A stretch of 64,000 bases of DNA from Squalus acanthias (lineage: Eukaryota): positions 31,808,001 to 31,872,000 of the forward strand of contig CM059433.1 of NCBI GenBank assembly GCA_030390025.1. Direction: 5' to 3'. The notes beneath the pieces were generated by a model. It made no database searches. It saw only the letters and a list, made by a program, of their open reading frames with translations, and was not told where the DNA came from. The translations under genes were made by a program, and so were the position numbers. How positions within the stretch are numbered: the first letter of the stretch is position 1; the number at the start of each line of letters is the position of its first letter. Positions 1 to 10,928 of this stretch are shown in pieces.

Positions 1-413
1 GTGAGATCTAAGGTTTCCTTCAGAAATGTTTCTCATTAATAAACTCCATCTCCTTTTCACAGAGTAATGATGGCAAAGGCTAGCTGCATAATTGAAAGTG
101 CTATTTCCATTTCTCTTCATGTTAGTTTCCTTTTTGACAAACGCATTTCAAAAGGTGTTAGGAACATGCATCTACAACAAATACAGAGAGAATCAAAAAT
201 TCATTTAGATACTATTTTACCTCAGAGTCCCACTGAATAAATATTCTATATAATATTTTTAATGACGGAAAACTAATATATTTTCCTATTTTTTTGTAAA
301 CAATGTATTTTTTTAATAAATAAATGTTCTGGCCACTGAATATATTTAACAGAAGCCAAATAAGTTTTATTTCAAGTATTAGCGAACGATGATCAACAAC
401 AACTTGCACTTAA

Positions 414-840
414 GGTAGCAACGGTAGCATAGTGGTTAGCCTACTGGACTAGTAATCCAGAGGCCTGGACTAATGATCCGGAGACAGGAATTCAAATCCC
501 ACCTCCGCAGCAACTCACCAAGGTTTCTTTGGCAGCACCTCCCAAACCCGCGACCTCTTCCACCTGGAAGGACAAGAACAGCAGATGCATGGGGACACTA
601 CCACCTCCAAGTTCCCCTCCAAGTCACACACCATCCTGCCTTGGAAGTATATTGCCGTTCCTTCATTATTGCTGGGTCAAAATCCTGGAACTCCCTCCCT
701 ACAGCACGGTGGGAGTACCTTCACCACACGGACTGCAGCAGTTCAAGAAGGTGGTTCACCACCAGCTTCTCAAGGGCAATTAGGGATGGGCAATAAATGC
801 TGGCCTTGCCAGCGATGCCCACATCCCATGAACGAATAAA
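414..840 (+). mobile_element. tRNA-headed SINE / internally deleted LINE derivative
   Basis: A-box-like TAGCATAGTGG and B-box-like (A)ATTCAAATCC head joined directly to ~335 bp matching the 3' end of the LINE at ~36480-36825; A-rich end. Confidence 0.8.
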
Positions 841-1245
841 CAAGAAGTCCCAAGGCACTTCACAGGAGTGGTAACAAACAACATTTGAGACCAAGCCACA
901 TAAGGAGATATTAGGACAGGTTCTCAAAAGCTTGGTCAAAGAGATAGGTTTTATGGAGCGTCTTAAAGGAGGAGAGAGAGGTAGAGAGGTGGAGAGGTTT
1001 AGGGAGGAAATTCCAGAGCTTTGGGCCTGGGCAGCTGGAGGCACGGCCGCCAACGGTGAAGCGATAAAAATCGAGAATGAGCAAGCGGTCAGAATTGGAG
1101 GAGCGCAGAGACCTCAGAGGGTTGTAGGGCTGGTTAAAGAGGTAGGGAGGGGGGTGAGGCCATGGAGAGATTTGAAAACAAAGATGAGAATGATAAAATT
1201 GAGGCATTGCCGAAGCGGGAGCCAATGAAGGTCAGCAAGCATAGG
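841..1245 (-). mobile_element. L2 LINE 3' fragment
   Basis: Minus frame reads 'RSLRSSNS...GGRASSCPGPKLWNFLP...SSFKTLHKTYLFDQAF', typical L2 ORF2 C-terminus. Confidence 0.8.
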
Positions 1246-1764
1246 TCACCAACACTTAAAGTAGAAAACTGTAATATTTTGGTCTTTACCTGCATTGTCT
1301 GTGATGAAACTGCAATTTATAATATTTCTGTAATGCTAATATTTAGCATTTTGTATTAACAATTATTACCAAACTGATTACCCTAGTGTTTTGGACTGTT
1401 AGATAATAAACAGAAGGGGTAATTGTTGCGCATAATCTCTAGCATTTCATGTTATTATAATGAAATGGTTTCTTTGCAATACTAAAGTGGCAAGGCATTG
1501 TCATTCCGCATGCCCAGCAGGAAGCCTAGTTCAGTCAGACACTTGCGCACCTCATGCTCCCGCATTTAACGGCTGAAAATTAAATCAACTTACTGACGTT
1601 GGTTGACGTCAAAGGACTAAGCTCCCCCCAGCCCCCACCTCACAATGTTAAAGAGGTGGCTCTTTCACTCTGTGGGGCACAAAATGGGCAAATGGGCACT
1701 AATAGCTTGTAGCAGAAAGTCAGATACAGCTAATTTTGGAATAACTTAGCTGGAAAATAAGTTT

Positions 1765-2000
1765 CATAGAATCATAGAAATTTACGGCACAGAAGGAGGC
1801 CATTCGGCCCATCGTGTCTGTGCTGACCGAAAAAGAGCTATCCAGCCTAATCTCACGTTCCAGCTCTTGGTCCGTAGCCCTGTAGGTTACGGCACTTCAA
1901 GTGCATATCCAAATACTTTTTAAATGCGAGGAGGGTTTCTGCCTCTACCACCCTTTCAGGCAGTGAGTTCCAGACCCCTACCACCCTCTGGGTGAAAAAC
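1765..2000 (-). mobile_element. CR1 LINE 3' tail
   Basis: (CATAGAAT)n terminal repeat and GGCCATTCGGCCC motif shared with other CR1 ends in the window. Confidence 0.8.
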
Positions 2001-2160
2001 GTTCATACCGACAGCATTAACATTATGGCATCATTGTTATTTTTTTCATGAAATGAGCAGCATAGGAAACTGGCTGATATCACTGTGAAAAGTGTACGCT
2101 CTCTACACATGTATTCTACTTGAAATAAACCAGATTGTTGGTCATGCCTCAATTCAATAG

Positions 2161-2225
2161 ACTGCCCTTCTGCTTATCCCCTGGAGAGAGAAGACAATGC
2201 ATGTGGTGCGACAGTTAATGAACAG
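2161..2225 (+). CDS. Putative penultimate exon of an unidentified host gene
   Basis: caatag|...CAG|gtatct; two frames open and both splice compatibly to 2549 (DCPSAYPLEREDNACGATVNEQ or TALLLIPWREKTMHVVRQLMN). Confidence 0.4.
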
Positions 2226-2548
2226 GTATCTGAAGCAAGGGTTCTTTGTTTCAAATCCCTTGGTCTTGCTCTCATTTACCTAGATATTGGGCAGTAGAAA
2301 GTGCACTTCAGATCATAGGGAATCCAAAGTCCGGATCAGGCTCGAGGGGCCGTATGGTCTACTCCTGCTCCTAATTCTTACATTCTTATCAGAGTAAGTG
2401 GTAATGCCGGAGAACCTGGGAGAATATCTAGCACAAAACTCAGATTGTAACACGAAGGCAGGATATTTTAGAAGTAACACAGAATATGCCATTTATTCTC
2501 ATTTAGCAAAGAAAACAATCTAATTTATGTCCCCTTCTTTTCTTTTAG

Positions 2549-2584
2549 GTTCATACGGAGTTAAAGGCAGCTGATGTCCATTAG
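2549..2584 (+). CDS. Putative terminal coding exon of an unidentified host gene
   Basis: Strong acceptor ccccttcttttcttttag; reads VHTELKAADVH* (or RFIRS* in the alternative frame); followed by non-repetitive AT-rich sequence with AATAAA at ~3139 and ~3198. Confidence 0.5.
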   Translation, partial: VHTELKAADVH

Positions 2585-3265
2585 ATAACATGGGGGAGCA
2601 GAATTCCTCTGTTCACTATTTATAACAACATCAAACGTGCATGAAGAAAGCCTTTACAATTTCACTGCAGTGAACAAAATCTCCTCCCCTGTTACCTTCA
2701 ATGAAACAAATAATGTTTGTAACTGGAAGCATGCGGAATACAAGCAAGTATCACTCAATGAAATGTGTTTATAGCAAAGGATGTGGAAATGATCCAAACA
2801 GGATTCGGCAGGCCATGAGAAGGAATGACACATGGACAGTAAATTGTCACTGTGAAGTCAGAGGGTCCAGTTTTAAAATATAAAAATTACATGTTTTTCA
2901 GAAAAACTTTCAAAAATATCTTCTGCAAATGTGAACAGAAGATGCAAATTGTTGGCACCCCACCCAAAAGTATAATTTGTAACTGGCAATTATATAAACT
3001 CTCATAGGTAGTAGCAGAAAGAGCATTGACCCTTCTGGCAAAACCTCCCTCCCCAAACATCTAGATTAAGCACTGACGGCACGTGCATTACTCAGAGCCT
3101 GTACTGTCTCCACCTGGAACTGGGAAAGTTTCAACAAAAATAAACTGCATTGATATAGTGCATTTAAGGCTGCTTCTAGTGACACCACTGTGAGGTAAAT
3201 AAAGGAACAAGCTTATTCTCAACACCAGGAACAATACGAACCCAACACTTTGTCTGAAATGTGTA

Positions 3266-4195
3266 CATAACAACATAAGACGTAGGAGCAGGAGTAGGTC
3301 ATTTGGCCCCTTGAGCCTGCTCCGCCTTTCAATAAGATCATGGTTGATCAAATCTTGGCCTCAACTCCACTTCCCTGCCCGCTCCCCATAACTCTTCACT
3401 CCCTTATCGTTCAAAAATCTGTCTCTCTCCACTTTAAATATATTCAATGACCCAGCCTCCACCGCTCTCTGGGGAAGAGAATTCCAAAGATTCACCACCC
3501 TCTGAGAGAAGAAATTCCTCCTCATTTCCAATTTAAAAGGGTTTCCCCTTATTCTGAAATTATGCCCCCTAGTTCTAGATTCCCCCACGAGGGGAAACAT
3601 CCTCTCTGCATCTACCCTGTCAAGCCCCTTCAGAATCTTATATGTTTCAATAAGATCCCCTCTCATTCTTCTAAACTCCAATGAGTATAGGCCCAACCTG
3701 CTCAACCTTTCTTCATAAGACAACCCCTTCATCTCCGCAATCAACCTCGTGAACCTTCTCTGAACTACCTCCAATGCAAGTATATCCTTCCTTAAATAAG
3801 GAGACCAAAACTGTACGCAGTACTCCAGGTGTGGTCTCACCAACGCCCTGTACAGTTGTAACAGGACTTCCCTACTTTTATACTCCATTCCCTTTGTAAT
3901 AAAGGCCAACATTCCATTTGCCTTCCTAATTACTTGCTGTACCTGCATGCTAACTTTTTGTGATTCATGTACAAGGACCCCCAGACCCCTCTGTACCTCA
4001 GCATTTTGTAATCTCTCTCCATTTAAATAATAATTTGCTTTTTTATTTTTCCTACCAAAGTGGATAACCTCGCATTTTCCCACATTAAACTCCATCTGCC
4101 AGATTTTTGCCCACTCACTTAGCTTATCTATATCCCTTTGGAGATTCTTTACATCCTCCACACAATTTGCATTCCCACCTATCTTTGTAATTTGA
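3266..4195 (-). mobile_element. CR1 LINE, 5'-truncated (ORF2 C-terminus and 3' UTR)
   Basis: Open frame WQMEFNVGKCEVIHFG...LYRALVRPHLEYC...RRMRGDLIETYKI...FFSQRVVNLWN. Confidence 0.93.
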
Positions 4196-4339
4196 TCCAG
4201 TCTGCTGTCAACTCTTTCAGTTTTCTCTACAGTGTGTAATCTGATCCAGATGCGGAGATGCCGGTGTTGGACTGGGGTGGACAAAAATGAGAAGTCACAC
4301 AACACCAGGTTATAGTCCAACAGTTTTATTTGAAATTAC

Positions 4340-4372
4340 GAGCTTTCGGAGCTCTGCTCCTTCTTCAGGTAC
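4340..4372 (-). ncRNA. Mirror copy of the hammerhead ribozyme at 4675-4710
   Basis: Reverse complement of the right-arm motif, lying in the left arm of the palindrome. Confidence 0.65.
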
Positions 4373-4674
4373 AGTGAGGGAATATAAATCGATTACACAG
4401 TATATATAGACAGAGAACAATGTGTCTGCAGAGATACAATCCGTCAGGGAGGCATTACATCAAAGACACATCAGAGTACAGCTAAGACAATGAGGTGGGT
4501 CACAGGGGTTCCAACGTGTCAAATTTGACAAATTGGACCCCCTGTGACCCACCTCATTGTCTTAGCTGTACTCTGATGTGTCTTTGATGTAATGCCTCCC
4601 TGACGGATTGTATCTCTGCAGACACATTGTTCTCTGTCTATATATACTGTGCAATCGATTTATATTCCCTCACT

Positions 4675-4710
4675 GTACCTGAAGAAGGAGCAGAGCTCCG
4701 AAAGCTCGTA
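4675..4710 (+). ncRNA. Minimal type I hammerhead ribozyme (Penelope-associated)
   Basis: tacCTGAAGA-a-ggagc(aga)gctcc-GAAA-gctc-gta: conserved core, stem II, palindromic AGCT at stem III, short tac/gta stem I. Confidence 0.7.
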
Positions 4711-4798
4711 ATTTCAAATAAAACTGTTGGACTATAACCTGGTGTTGTGCGACTTCTCATTTTAATCTGATCCAATCATTGTCAGGCAGGCTACAGAG

Positions 4799-4906
4799 TT
4801 CAGACAAGGCACAGCACTAACACTACCGATTTCAGAGAACGCATAGTGCTAACACTCTGGGGTTCAGAGAACGCAAAGCGCTAACACTCCCGAATTTAGA
4901 CAAAGC
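4799..4906 (+). repeat. Degenerate ~32-bp tandem repeat (~3.4 copies)
   Basis: Unit approximately ttcagagaacgcanagcgctaacactnnngnn. Confidence 0.6.
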
Positions 4907-5170
4907 CCAACTTTAAGGCAGTAAAATGACCCAAGGTGCTTCACAGTTGAGTGCTGGACCCAAGCAACAATAGAAGGGTGAGGTTGGGGAGCTGACCGAA
5001 AGCATAGTCAATGAAGTAAGTTGAAAGGAAACTTCTTAAGGTGGGGGAGAGATGTAGTAAGATAAAGGGGTATAGGAAGGGAGTTCCAGAGTGTGGGGAC
5101 AAGATGACTGAAGGCTCTACCACCAATGATAGAGTGGAAGTGGGGTGGGGGGGGGAAGAAATCAAGACCT
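4907..5170 (-). mobile_element. L2 3' fragment
   Basis: 'GGRAFSHLVPTLWNSLP' on the minus strand. Confidence 0.65.
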
Positions 5171-5224
5171 CCTACCTGAGGGCCCGAATACAAATTCCCT
5201 TAGAAACTCTGTAATATGGCCCTG

Positions 5225-5325
5225 AAATTCCTTGCAGGCCATTGCATCTTTAAAAGTGCAGTGGGGCTTGAACCCATAACTATCTGACTCAGAGGCGAGA
5301 GTGTTATCACTCATTCCAGTTTCTA
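5225..5325 (-). mobile_element. Deu/SacSINE-like head fragment
   Basis: Reverse complement of the CACTCTCGCCTCTGAGTCAGA...GGGTTCAAG head seen at 18110. Confidence 0.6.
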
Positions 5326-7049
5326 ATAAGCAGAGGATACAAATCAAATGTGGTTAAAAGTTGCTGAACTTGTTAAGGCAAAATATCAGACATCTGTGAA
5401 CCAAATATATGCACAGTCCCAAGTTTGGCTATTTTGAAAAAAGACTCACTATCTGACGAAGAGAAGTTGTATGAGGTAAATCTGGTAGAACTGTTCTTTA
5501 GTTACTGCAGCGACAAGTTAGTGTTTGCTGAGATAGGAAGAGAGAGATAAAGAGATAATAGCATAAATCTTCAAGGAGCAGAGCGGGGAGATTAAGAATT
5601 GTAAGATCATGACTGGTGACTGGGAGAGAGAAAGGAGACGGAATTGGCCCTCCAAGACAGGAACATCCAAAAAGAAAAAATAAAGAGATGTGTCGCAAGG
5701 GAATTAAGGAAACAAAAAAGCTAAAAGGCATGGCAGATTAGTGCAGAGCATGTCAGACAAACCTGGGCAGTATTATCACGGATTACGAACTGAGGTGCAT
5801 GAAGAAAAAGCTTGAAGTAAAGCAAGCAACTAGGAAAAAGTCAATAGTTTCAAAAGCTAAGATTGAAGGAAATAAAATACTGTCACTGGTGGCTTATGTA
5901 GATAAGAGAAATGTGGAAATAATTGGTGAAACTGAGACCAGAGTAAAATCTGAGAATGGATCAGAGATCAGACTGCAGGTAACCTGCTGTTCAGCAGAGA
6001 TGCATCCATAGGCAGAGATCATTATAATGCTATTTGTCACTTATTGTAAATGAGTGTTAACAGCTTCCCCAACGGATCAGCGGTTTCTACATTTTAGGGT
6101 TTTACGCTACATTCTGGCTACTTTGTCATTAATTCCCTAAACTTTAGTCCTTCTTAAAAACGTCACTGTATTCAATGTTGATATCATTTTTTTTTAACTG
6201 CCATGGAAAGGTTCTTTGCATATCGCCTGGAAGCAGAATTGTAGCAGATGGTGATTGCGATGGGGAGGGTGGGGGGATCGAAGAAAATAAGATGGTGCAG
6301 TTACACATTTTTTTCAGTTGACAGTATCCAACAATGATTATTTGTAACTAAGTAGTCTCAGGATCTTATGAAACGTGGACTAGATTGTATCGGGCATGCT
6401 CTAACGATAATCATTAGCACATTTGAAAAAGAATTTAAGACACAGTAGGGACATATTTGTGTGATGAAGCTGCCACATGAGTTGAGAAATGTGCTTGTAT
6501 TTGTGACATAATGTTAACCTGTTCAAATATTTGCATTAATCTTTGGCTCTGAATTTCCTAGCTACCTTGATCACTTACATCATTATTAGGCTGTTATTGT
6601 GCTAAAGAAAAAGATCAAGGATGTGCGTAAATGCGCCAGACGGAAATTTCCTCAATCTTTTTGGCAGCTTTGACAAGTTACTCACTCAACACCTGTGGGC
6701 CTCATTTCTCGAGGCATACCACTCACCTGATGGCGCTGTGCTCGGGAGTTTCCTACTTTTACATCGATCTGGTGAATGTAGATCCATATAAAACAGGAGC
6801 TGCTCCTCAGTCACTGATTCAAGCGGAAGTGAGGAGTTTGAGAGCTTTGAAGAGTCTCCAAAATGTTCTTGCTGATTCCTGGCTTCACAGACATATTTGC
6901 AACCTGTTTCTTTCACAGTTTTGCTCACTGAGGCTTGCACTTGACTCCTCCCCCCACAGTGCTACGGTTTCACCCCACCCCTAGATTTTGGGATCCCCAC
7001 CTATCCCCTGGGCCGTGCCCCCCCCACATACTCAGAACGACACGGATAA

Positions 7050-7390
7050 AACTATGGCATTCGCCACAGGCATACCTTTCTATGCCATCCTTATGCAGGA
7101 GGAGGAGGAACAACAGTGCAGGGTGGTGAGAAGAATAAGGCAGCATGGCAGAAGACACCATCCTATCAGGTGGCACCCCCACAACACGTCTAGAGGAACT
7201 CTGTGTTCAAAGGGTGTGATTGTCCAGGGCTGTCATTGCACATCTGTGCGACCTTCTTCGAAGATCTTTAGCCTTGCTCCACTGCCAGAACAGCTCTGTC
7301 TGTCACTATGAAACTGACCACTACCCTGAATTCTTTTGCTACTGGAACCTGTCAAGGTGCCACAGGAGATCTGTGCAACATCACCTAAGA
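7050..7390 (+). pseudogene. Degenerate Harbinger transposase N-terminal fragment
   Basis: 'VIAHLCDLL...LSVTMKLTTTLNSFATG..QGATGDL' across frameshifts aligns by eye to LSVAVKVTVALNFYATGSFQAAVGDL of the intact copy. Confidence 0.65.
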
Positions 7391-7419
7391 CTCAGTCCCT
7401 CCTAACCTCCACCTATTCA

Positions 7420-8930
7420 ATACACAAATAACAAAAGAAACATGGGATTCGGCCATGAAGGGATGCACAAGCTAGACTCACAGATAATGACAGCGAAATG
7501 GCAGAAATATTGAATAGTTACTTTGCCTCAGTATTTACCAAGGAGACTAACAAGGTGCTCATAACATTAGAAGAAGAAATCAAAAAAGATATAAAGATAT
7601 TTAAGATAGAAAGGTGGGAGATAATTGATAAACGAATCAAACTTAGAGAGGATAAAACCCCTAGTCCAGATGGATTGCATCCGTGCATATTAATAGAAGT
7701 TAGGGAAGAGATAGCAGAGGCACTATTACATATATAACAATTCATTAGAAAAGGGAATAGTGCCAGAGGAGTGGCGGACAGCTAATGTTATTCCTATATT
7801 TCAAAAGGGAGTTAGAACAAGTCCAAGGAACTATAGACCTGGTAGCTTAATGTTGGTGGTAGGAAAGATAATGGAATCTTTACTCAAAGATTTAATAGAA
7901 AAACATCCAAAAACGGAAAAAATAATAAAGAGTAGTCAGCACGGATTTCAAAAGGGAAGGTCATGCTTGACCAACCTTATTGAATTCTTTGAAGAAGTAA
8001 CAGAAAGAGTAGATGCAGTAGATGTAATATATTTGGATTTCAAAAGGCCTTTGATAAAGTACCGCAGAGTAGACTCATGACTAAGGTCAGAGCATGTGGA
8101 GTCAGGAGACAGGTAGTAGAATTGAAAGCAAGTGGGCTACAAAACAGAAAACAGAGAGTTGGATTTAAAGGTAGTTACTCAGACTGGCAGAAGCTGGGAA
8201 GTGGTGTTCCACAAGGATCGGTGCTGGGACCACTGTTGTTCACCGTTTACATCAACGATTTGGATCCGGAAATTGGAAGTACAATTTCTAAATTTGTGGA
8301 CAATACCAAATTGGAGAGGTGTAGTTAATACAAAGGAAGATTGTGACAAAATAAAAGAAGGCATTAATAAACTTGCAAATGGGTGAGTAATTGGCAAATG
8401 TATTTCAATATAGATAAGTGTGAGGTGGTGCATTTTGGTAGGAAGAATAAGGAGGCCACATACTGCTTGGATAATATGAGTCTAAATGGAGTAGAGGAGC
8501 AAAGGGATCTCGGAGTACAGATACACAAATCACCAAAAGTAGAAATGTAGGTAAATAAGGCCATAAATAAAGCAAACCACGCACTGGAGTTCATTTCTGC
8601 AGGAATAAAAATGAAAAGCAGGGAAGTCATGTTAAACTTGTATAGAACCTTAGTTAGACCACACTTGGAGTACTGTGCACAGTTCTGGCCTCCATATTAC
8701 AAAAAGGATATAGAGGCATTGTGGAAGATTAAAAAAAGATTTGCAAGGATGATACCAGAACTGATAGGTTATACCTGTCAGGAAAGACTCAACAGACTGG
8801 AGCTCTTTTTTCTAGAAAAGAGAAAGCTGAATGGTGACCTGATAGAGGTCTTTAAATGATGAAGGGCTTCGATAGGGTAGACATAGAGAAGATGTTTCCA
8901 CTTGTAAGGGAGTCAAAAACTAGGAGACGT
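7420..8930 (+). mobile_element. CR1 LINE ORF2 (RT) remnant, frameshifted
   Basis: NYRPGSL, QHGFQKGRSCLTNL, VIYLDF, GVPQGSVLGPLLF, KFVDNTKL, LVRPHLEYC. Confidence 0.93.
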
Positions 8931-9919
8931 CCTGAGACCTTGAAAGGCACTATATGAATGAAAATTATTTTCTTCCCTATGTCTTTAGAAGTGTACAATA
9001 TGCTTCAACTGGAAATGATCTATAGAAATAGCAGTAGAAGTAAGCCAAGAATGTGTCATGTGTGAGTGCATTGTGTGTGTGGGAGAGGAAGAAAGGTAGA
9101 CCTTCTTATACTTGCACCATTTTTCTATTGTCAAAGTACTGAATTATACAGAAACACCATAATCTCTGCTGTGTAGCATCTGTAAAATTAATGTTCCATA
9201 AACATTTGAGTGAGAAATACTGTAAACTAAAGTTAAGGGGTCATTTGGAACCTATGATCATGTTGCGGTTTGTGGTATTCTCTGAATAAAATCAATTTTA
9301 ACATTTTTATCTCCAGTGGCACTAATAGTCTACAAAATGTAACTAAGACGATTAACCCAGCTCAGATCCATAAGTATTAAGATACTGATAGAAGCTTAAG
9401 TTGTGCTTCTTATAGCAGATAGATGCAACACAAGCACATCAAAGAGCCTGGGAAATAGAAAGGCAATGGTGACAAACCTAGTGTATTTTAGTTACAGAAG
9501 AGCTGATATAATTTTTAAAAATCACAGAGCGATACAGGGCTTTTTTACAAGGGGACTAAACCAAGTGTTCCACTCCTGCCCATTGTGTCTTCTGTTTCTA
9601 CAGGTAGGATTAATATGTTTTTATCGATTTTGATTTTGTTTAGCAGCAGTCAGTCAAAGCTAGAATATATGGCACAGCACTACATTTGCATTGAAATACA
9701 GTCCAGTATATAAAATGTGCCTGCGATTTAAAGGAGCAATTTGGGTGCTGGCCACTATTCAAGCACATCTTTGGCATCCCACAGTTAACATCAATTGTTT
9801 CATTCAACTCAGACCCACTGACTTGTCGCATGAGTGATGGGTTTAATTTGGTGCAGATTGGATGTAATTTGCTGTGAACGTCTTAATATTTTGTCATTTT
9901 AGTCAAGTGTTTGGCAACA

Positions 9920-10232
9920 GGGGAACACGGTGGCATAGTGGTTAGCACTGTTGCCTCACAGCGCCAAGGACCCGGGTTCGAATCCGGCCTCGGGTGACTG
10001 TCTGTGTGGTGTTTGCACATTCTCCCCGTGTCTGCGTGGGTTTCCTCTGGGTGCTCCGGTTTCCTCCCACAGTCCAAAGATGTGCGGGTTAGGTTGATTT
10101 GGCTATGATAAATTGACCCTTAGTGTTAGGGGGGGATTAAATACGTGGGGTTACGGGGATAGGGTGGGATATGTGTCGGTGCAGGCTCGATGGGCCGAAA
10201 TGGCCTCTATCTGCACTGTGGGGATTCTGTGA
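9920..10232 (+). mobile_element. HE1/V-SINE-like tRNA-derived SINE
   Basis: A box TGGCATAGTGG, B box GGTTCGAATCC, V-domain-like TTCTCCCCGTGTCTGCGTGGGTTT...CCGGTTTCCTCCCAC, CR1-type tail GATGGGCCGAAATGGCC. Confidence 0.88.
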
Positions 10233-10928
10233 ATTGTAGAGAGACTAGAGAGCCTGGTTCGGCAATGCCTCAATATTAATATTCTCATTCTTGTTTTCAA
10301 ATTCCTCCATGGTCTCGCCCGTCCCTATCTCTGTAACCTGTAACTGCGTTAAAGGGACTTTATAAATGCAAGTTACAATCATACAATCATAAAATTATAG
10401 AATGGTTACAGCACAGAAGGAGGCCATTCGGCCCTTTGAGCCCGTGCCGGCTCTCTGCAAGAGCACTTCAGCTAGTCCCACTCCCCCACCCTTTCCCCGT
10501 AGTCCTGCAATTTTTTTTCTTTCAGGAACTTATCCAATTCCCCATTGAAAGCCACAACTGAATCCGCCTCCACCACCCTTTCAGGCAGTGCATTCCAGAT
10601 CCTAACCACTCGCTGTGTAAAAATATTTTTCCTCTTGTCGCCTTTAGTTCTTCTGCCAATCATCTTAAATCTGTGTCCTCTGTTTCTCGACCCTTCCACC
10701 AATGGGAACAGTTTCTCTCTACTCTGTCTAGATTCCTCATGATTTTGAACACCTCTATCACATCTCCTCTCAACCTTCTCTGCTCCAAGGAGAACAACCC
10801 CAGCTTCTCTAGTCAATCCACGTAGCTGAAGTCCCTCATCCCTGGAATGATATTTGCAAATCTTTTCTGCATCCTCTCTAAGGCCTTCACATCCTTCCTA
10901 AATTGCAGTGCCCAGAATTGGACACAAT

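Larger units (their letters stand above)
4249..4763. mobile_element. Penelope-like terminal remnant forming a ~480-bp inverted repeat
   Basis: 4284-4523 and 4524-4763 are near-perfect reverse complements with no spacer; flanked on both sides by TAATCTGATCCA; carries a hammerhead motif. Confidence 0.8.

Noticed and set aside
3361..4320. 319-aa ORF as a novel fusion protein
   Set aside because: The N-terminal part is chance read-through from the Penelope remnant and flank into a truncated CR1 ORF2.
4799..4906. ~32-bp repeats with variable portions
   Set aside because: Head-to-tail degenerate minisatellite, not a repeat-spacer structure.
9920..9995. tRNA-like sequence with A and B boxes (also at 414, 16063, 35113, 49612)
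   Set aside because: Each continues into a SINE core or LINE tail; these are SINE-type heads, not tRNA genes.
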